Assembly: GCA_964398905.1 (NCBI GenBank) | Contig: CAYNOV010000001.1 | Span: 1-52,163, forward strand | DNA length: 52,163 nucleotides | Direction: 5' to 3' | DNA from: an uncultured Thermoplasmata archaeon | GTDB taxonomy: Archaea > Thermoplasmatota > Thermoplasmata > Halarchaeoplasmatales > Halarchaeoplasmataceae | In this document: piece after piece, positions 47,971 through 52,163 of the stretch | Layout: the number at the start of each line of letters is the position of its first letter | How positions within the stretch are numbered: position 1 is the first letter of the stretch | The notes under the pieces: model-generated | What the model was told of the DNA's origin: nothing | The model's database searches: none | The model's input: only the letters and a program-made list of their open reading frames with translations | Position numbers and translations under genes: made by a program

Positions 47971-48603
47971 ATGGTATTGAACAGATACAGGAAACAAGCG
48001 GATTCGGTTTTACGCCCTATCGCGGAAAGATCCAAGCATGTCGATCCAAATTTGATTTCCTGGCTCTCTCTGCTCTCGGCATTTATCGCCGGCATATCAT
48101 TTTACTTTTCTAACGAAGCTTTTTTCGTCCTATCTGGAGGTATATTCGTCATCTTGAATTCTCTTTTCGATGCTCTCGACGGTAAAATAGCCAAGATCAC
48201 GGGTAAAGCTTCGAAAAGAGGAGATTTTCTTGACCATACTATCGATCGTTATTCAGATATATTCATCTTGGTTGGAATAACTTTAGGACCTCTATCCAGG
48301 ACTTGGTTGGGCCTCTTCGCAATATTGGGGGTTCTTATGACCAGTTATATGGGAACACAAGCGGATGCAGTCGGCGTATCTAGAGATTATGGTGGTATAG
48401 CGGGAAGAGCTGAAAGACTCGTACTCCTCATAATTTTCTCCTTCCTTTACTTCGCTCTATTCGAAACCGGCTGGACATCTCTTCAAATAACGGGAATAGA
48501 ACTTACTCTCTTCGAGATCTTGATGATCTGGTTCGCCATCGCGGGCAACCTGACCGCGATATCTAGAGGTATCAACACGTGGTCAAAACTCAAGGATAGA
48601 TGA
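47971..48603 (+). CDS. CDP-alcohol phosphatidyltransferase (archaeal polar-lipid headgroup synthase)
   Basis: Signature DALDGKIAKITGKASKRGDFLDHTIDRYSD (D-x2-DG-x2-AR-like ... G-x3-D-x3-D). Multi-TM. I prefer the ATG at 47971 over the track start at 47917, which overlaps the upstream gene. Confidence 0.8.
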   Translation: MVLNRYRKQADSVLRPIAERSKHVDPNLISWLSLLSAFIAGISFYFSNEAFFVLSGGIFVILNSLFDALDGKIAKITGKASKRGDFLDHTIDRYSDIFILVGITLGPLSRTWLGLFAILGVLMTSYMGTQADAVGVSRDYGGIAGRAERLVLLIIFSFLYFALFETGWTSLQITGIELTLFEILMIWFAIAGNLTAISRGINTWSKLKDR

Positions 48604-49668
48604 TCAATCCTGTTCTTCTTCCTGTTCCTTATCAGAATCCTTCTTTTTTATTCTGTAGTAACTCAAAGGGTGATTCATCCATTCCTGTTCACAGAGAGAA
48701 TCCGGATCGAAACAGATGCCGTTTGTTTTCATAGTACCGCATCCAGGAGGAGTGTATTCAGTGCCTGATATCTCTCCTATTATGTGCTGTATTTGATAGG
48801 AAGCTAGATCGATATCAAAGTCCGGAGCCTCTTTGAATATCTCCACGATCTCCTCTTCCGACAGACCGACCTTCTTCAGATAAGCGGTCAGTGCGAATCT
48901 ACCCTCGTGAGAAAGATTCTCTCCGCTTTTTTGACCGGCTAACAATTTCTTTATGCAAGGAGGGAACAACTCCGTTTCGACTTCCCCCATATCCACTTCT
49001 TCGATATCGGTCTTTATGCTTTCCAAACTCTCTTCTATCTCTTCAAGTTCACTTGCAAAATTTTCGAGTATGAGATCAGAGGTAGGTGCTGGTAGACCAT
49101 CAGATATTATCTCTGAGACCTTTTCTTTGATAGTCCGTATGAACTTATCTTTCTCTAGATATACTAGTCCCTCTCTCAGATCTTGATTCACCAGCTTCCA
49201 TCCAGGTGATTTCAACCTTTCCGTGCTTTCTAAGTAGTCGGAGAAATGAAGAGTGAAGTGCGAACCATCCTTATCAGCGTCAAAACCCAGTCGGGAAGCT
49301 ATTTTCAAGATCTTATCGTCGTCTTCCCTCGAGATATCATCGGTGATCTTTTCGGATTCTGCCAAAACGTACCTTTTCACTAGATAATTATCTCCCACCG
49401 ATGAGACCAACATCCTAGCTATCGGGTAAGAAAAGAGTTCTTCTTCCTGTTCTACCTCATCTTCGATGTCTCTTCCAAGAACGCGGCCCTTTTCTAATGC
49501 TTGCAGAACCCTCTTTTTCCCCCTTCGTCTAGCTTCGCCCCAGATACGATCATTCAATAGTTCTTCGAAGGAAGGTCCTTCTTCTTTGATGTAGTCTTTA
49601 GACTCCTCTAGAAAGGGATATCTAGCCTTATCCCTAAGAGACCAATCAGTATCAGGAGGCGGTACCAT
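48604..49668 (-). CDS. priL: DNA primase large (regulatory) subunit PriL
   Basis: FPPCIKKLLAGQKSGENLSHEGRFALTAYLKKVGLSEEEIVEIF. C-terminal Fe-S cysteines: PPGCGTMKTNGICFDPDSLCE. Confidence 0.85.
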   Translation of the reverse strand: MVPPPDTDWSLRDKARYPFLEESKDYIKEEGPSFEELLNDRIWGEARRRGKKRVLQALEKGRVLGRDIEDEVEQEEELFSYPIARMLVSSVGDNYLVKRYVLAESEKITDDISREDDDKILKIASRLGFDADKDGSHFTLHFSDYLESTERLKSPGWKLVNQDLREGLVYLEKDKFIRTIKEKVSEIISDGLPAPTSDLILENFASELEEIEESLESIKTDIEEVDMGEVETELFPPCIKKLLAGQKSGENLSHEGRFALTAYLKKVGLSEEEIVEIFKEAPDFDIDLASYQIQHIIGEISGTEYTPPGCGTMKTNGICFDPDSLCEQEWMNHPLSYYRIKKKDSDKEQEEEQD

Positions 49669-49762
49669 GATCTCATTAGTCTAGTAACGAGTACTTAATC
49701 ATTTTCTTTTAGGCGATAAACTTTTTATCAAGTCATTTAGTTTGTGTATCACGTGATCAAGG

Positions 49763-51010
49763 ATGAGTAAAATCGAATCAATACATGCAAGAGAGATCTT
49801 AGACTCGAGAGGAAATCCTACGGTAGAGGCTGTAGTCAAGACTAAAAAAGGTTATGGAAGAGCAGCCGTTCCTTCTGGAGCTTCTACTGGATCTAATGAG
49901 GCTTTAGAGCTAAGAGATGAAGAAGAGAGATACCGGGGTAAAGGAGTAAAAAGGGCGGTTGAAAATATAAAAGATAAGATCTCGCCCTCTCTTGTCGGAG
50001 AGGATATTACAAAACAGGCTAGGATCGATAAGAAAATGATCGATATGGACGGGAGTGAAGACAAAAGTGATCTGGGTGCAAATGCCATCTTGGCTGTTTC
50101 ACTCGCTGTTGCTAGAGCAGCAGCCGATGACCTCGATATACCTCTTTTCAGATATCTTGGTCGTTCTAACGATGTAGTTTTACCTGTTCCGTTCATGAAC
50201 GTTCTGAACGGAGGAGAACACGCAGGTAACGAATTGGACATACAAGAATATATGATAGTTCCTATTGGAGCTAAAAGCTTCAAAGAAGGGCTTAGGATAG
50301 GGACTGAAACTTATCATGTTCTAGGTGATATCATCGAAGAAAGATATGGTGCGGGAGCCACTAACCTCGGAGACGAAGGTGGTTATGCACCTCCATTAAA
50401 AGATCCTATCGAACCCTTTGAGCTGATGATGGAAGCGATCGAAAAAAGTGGTTATTCCGACGAAATCAAATTGGCGATCGATTCCGCAGCGACCGAATTC
50501 AAAACTCATGAAGGTTACGAATCAGGTGGAGAGTTACTGAGCAGCGAAGAGATGATCGAGTTTTATGATAGGATAATAGAAGATTATCCTTTGATCTCTA
50601 TCGAGGACCCACTCGGTGAAGAAGATTGGAATGGTTTCGTAGAGATCACCGATCGTTGGGGTGATGAGTTGCAGATAGTCGGTGACGACATTTTCGTAAG
50701 TAATCCTGATATCATAAAGAAAGGCATTGATGAAGGTGCGTGTAACGCTGTCCTTTTGAAAGTAAATCAGATAGGATCACTCACAGAAGCGATGGACGCC
50801 GCCTCTCTCGCGATAAACAACGGATATAACGTCATGGTATCTCACCGTTCTGGAGAAACGATAGATGATTTCATCGCAGATCTTTCCGTCGCTCTGTCTT
50901 CAGGACAGATAAAAACGGGTGCTCCTTCTAGAGGGGAGAGAACCGCAAAGTACAACAGATTGTTGAGGATCGAAGAAAAACTTGAAAGTGTGTCTAGATA
51001 CGGACTTTAA
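49763..51010 (+). CDS. eno: Enolase (phosphopyruvate hydratase)
   Basis: IESIHAREILDSRGNPTVEA, LLKVNQIGSLTEA, VSHRSGETID. Confidence 0.95.
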   Translation: MSKIESIHAREILDSRGNPTVEAVVKTKKGYGRAAVPSGASTGSNEALELRDEEERYRGKGVKRAVENIKDKISPSLVGEDITKQARIDKKMIDMDGSEDKSDLGANAILAVSLAVARAAADDLDIPLFRYLGRSNDVVLPVPFMNVLNGGEHAGNELDIQEYMIVPIGAKSFKEGLRIGTETYHVLGDIIEERYGAGATNLGDEGGYAPPLKDPIEPFELMMEAIEKSGYSDEIKLAIDSAATEFKTHEGYESGGELLSSEEMIEFYDRIIEDYPLISIEDPLGEEDWNGFVEITDRWGDELQIVGDDIFVSNPDIIKKGIDEGACNAVLLKVNQIGSLTEAMDAASLAINNGYNVMVSHRSGETIDDFIADLSVALSSGQIKTGAPSRGERTAKYNRLLRIEEKLESVSRYGL

Positions 51011-51030
51011 AATCAATGATCTTATTATTT

Positions 51031-51837
51031 TCAATCTCCAACCATCAAAAAAGGAGAGTCTATCTCAGCGATAAGTTCTTTTTCAAGGTTGCTCAAAGCT
51101 AAGCCTCTGAAGATATGCCTCAATTTATATCGCCAACCTCTTCGGCCTCTACTTCCTACCACAAAATCAAAATCTTGGGACCTTTCGATGATCTCTCTAT
51201 CGGTAGCTCCTTTATTGAGCTCTAAAGAATAATCGACTCCTAGCTTGTCTGCCCTACTTTTGATGCGGCGAGAAGCGGCCCCAGGATCCGCATCTCCTAT
51301 ATGATATGTGGTCATAGAAGCGCCAAAGTACTCTGCCAATTCTAACGCTAAAATAGAAGCCTCGACGGAATAACTGCTGAAAGTACTAGGATTGAAAATC
51401 CGTTTAGGTATCTCCGGCTCACATTGACAAGAGAATATCATAGAGGGTATAGAAGTGATCTCCAAGGAATGCGTAGCTGTCTCACCGATATGTACTCTTT
51501 GTGCCCCAGTTTTAGAGTGAGTCGCCATCACCAATAGATCGATATCATTTTTTTCTATATAGTTCAATATCTCTTTAGAAGGTTTTCCCGCCGGACTGTT
51601 TTTTTGTATTCCTTCGATACCGATCTCGTTCAGTATTTCTTCACCGTTCTCTAAAGCCTCCTGTGACATCTTTGCCATTTTATTCTGCATGAGAGTTGTC
51701 TGAGGGATACTACTATCTGTAGTATTTATCACATTGATCAGATGGTAATTTGCCTCAGGGAACAAATTTGCTGTATACTGTATAGAACTCTTCATCAAAG
51801 GAGAGTTATCTGTGGCTATCAATATATTTTCGAACAT
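51031..51837 (-). CDS. Universal stress protein, tandem UspA domains
   Basis: MFENILIATDNS, DLLVMATHSKTG, and in the second domain DFVVGSRGRRGWR. Confidence 0.8.
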   Translation of the reverse strand: MFENILIATDNSPLMKSSIQYTANLFPEANYHLINVINTTDSSIPQTTLMQNKMAKMSQEALENGEEILNEIGIEGIQKNSPAGKPSKEILNYIEKNDIDLLVMATHSKTGAQRVHIGETATHSLEITSIPSMIFSCQCEPEIPKRIFNPSTFSSYSVEASILALELAEYFGASMTTYHIGDADPGAASRRIKSRADKLGVDYSLELNKGATDREIIERSQDFDFVVGSRGRRGWRYKLRHIFRGLALSNLEKELIAEIDSPFLMVGD

Positions 51838-51997
51838 ATTCCTATCTATTCAATCTCCATAAAGGTATAAAACCTTTCCCATGATCTATTTTTGAGGACG
51901 ATCAAACAATCAACCCTAAAATATAAAAAGGAGTTTACGAAAGTCGTAAGCCTTATATACTACCATTTGAATAATTAGACTAAGATAAGGTGGAAAA

Positions 51998-52163
51998 ATG
52001 GCAGAAAAAGGTCTAACGAAAGAGCAAGAAGAATTGGTCGATATGTTGATCAAAGCAGGGCTCCAGAAAAACATAGCACGTACTCTGGTTTTCGTGGCAA
52101 GCAGGGAAGAAACAAAAAGTAGAGAGATCGAAGACGCCACTGATCTTAGACAACCAGAAGTAT
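51998..52163 (+). CDS. Putative winged-helix transcriptional regulator (5' part only; continues beyond the window)
   Basis: Not in the track. The ATG at 51998 follows an AAGGTGG Shine-Dalgarno. My translation is MAEKGLTKEQEELVDMLIKAGLQKNIARTLVFVASREETKSREIEDATDLRQPEV, which is HTH-like. The antisense track ORF 51916..52140 is low-complexity. Confidence 0.45.
   Translation, partial: MAEKGLTKEQEELVDMLIKAGLQKNIARTLVFVASREETKSREIEDATDLRQPEV

Noticed and set aside
1-52163. Search for CRISPR arrays, rRNA/tRNA genes, transposases, integrases and prophage blocks
   Set aside because: I found no regularly spaced direct repeats outside coding regions. Apart from 1304..1855, no intergenic region is long enough for an rRNA or a CRISPR array, and I saw no tRNA-like cloverleaf in any spacer. 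No ORF has transposase or integrase motifs. The only tandem repeats are in-frame protein repeats in the MCP, the S8 protease and the coiled-coil genes.

Overview
AT-rich, gene-dense (about 48 CDS) chromosomal segment that looks archaeal. Supporting genes: aIF5A, primase large subunit PriL, an archaeal-type MiaB-like methylthiotransferase, Fap7, and a PGF-CTERM-like sorting tail. Most proteins are conspicuously D/E-rich, which suggests a 'salt-in' halophile, and a TrkH K+ transporter sits at the left edge. I cannot assign a lineage.

Content, left to right:
- trkH. It is missing from the ORF track because it runs off the window. I checked all 434 codons and found no stop.
- A nitrilase-family hydrolase, a MiaB-like radical-SAM enzyme, and panE.
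- A 1349-aa IleRS/ValRS-like protein whose catalytic motifs are eroded. It is fused to HhH, a C2H2 zinc finger and DUF835.
- lpd, ftsZ, speB-aIF5A, and pepF.
- A second DUF835 protein, fused to a coiled coil and a bactofilin-like beta-helix.
- A ThiI-like protein with a degenerate PP-loop, then nitroreductase plus flavodoxin.
- An Mrr-like/TPR/coiled-coil/HhH protein.
- A full chemotaxis cluster: cheY, cheC, cheD, a poly-HAMP MCP, two cheW, cheR, cheA and cheB.
- A tightly overlapped 4-gene membrane operon (DUF4129, unknown, DUF58, multi-TM) with no MoxR ATPase.
- A glutaredoxin-like protein plus an FTR-rubredoxin fusion.
- A bacterial-style repair neighbourhood: Mpg glycosylase, NAD+-ligase LigA, PolX-PHP and, further on, XseAB.
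- A 1408-aa secreted S8 protease with five CARDB-like repeats.
- NAPRTase, an ArsR regulator, Fap7, a CDP-alcohol phosphatidyltransferase, priL, eno, a tandem USP and a partial wHTH regulator.

I saw no rRNA, tRNA, CRISPR array, transposase or integrase.

The most unusual items are the pseudo-synthetase-DUF835 fusion, its DUF835-bactofilin paralogue, and the MoxR-less DUF58/DUF4129 operon. All domain calls are by-eye motif recognition and need HMM or structure confirmation.
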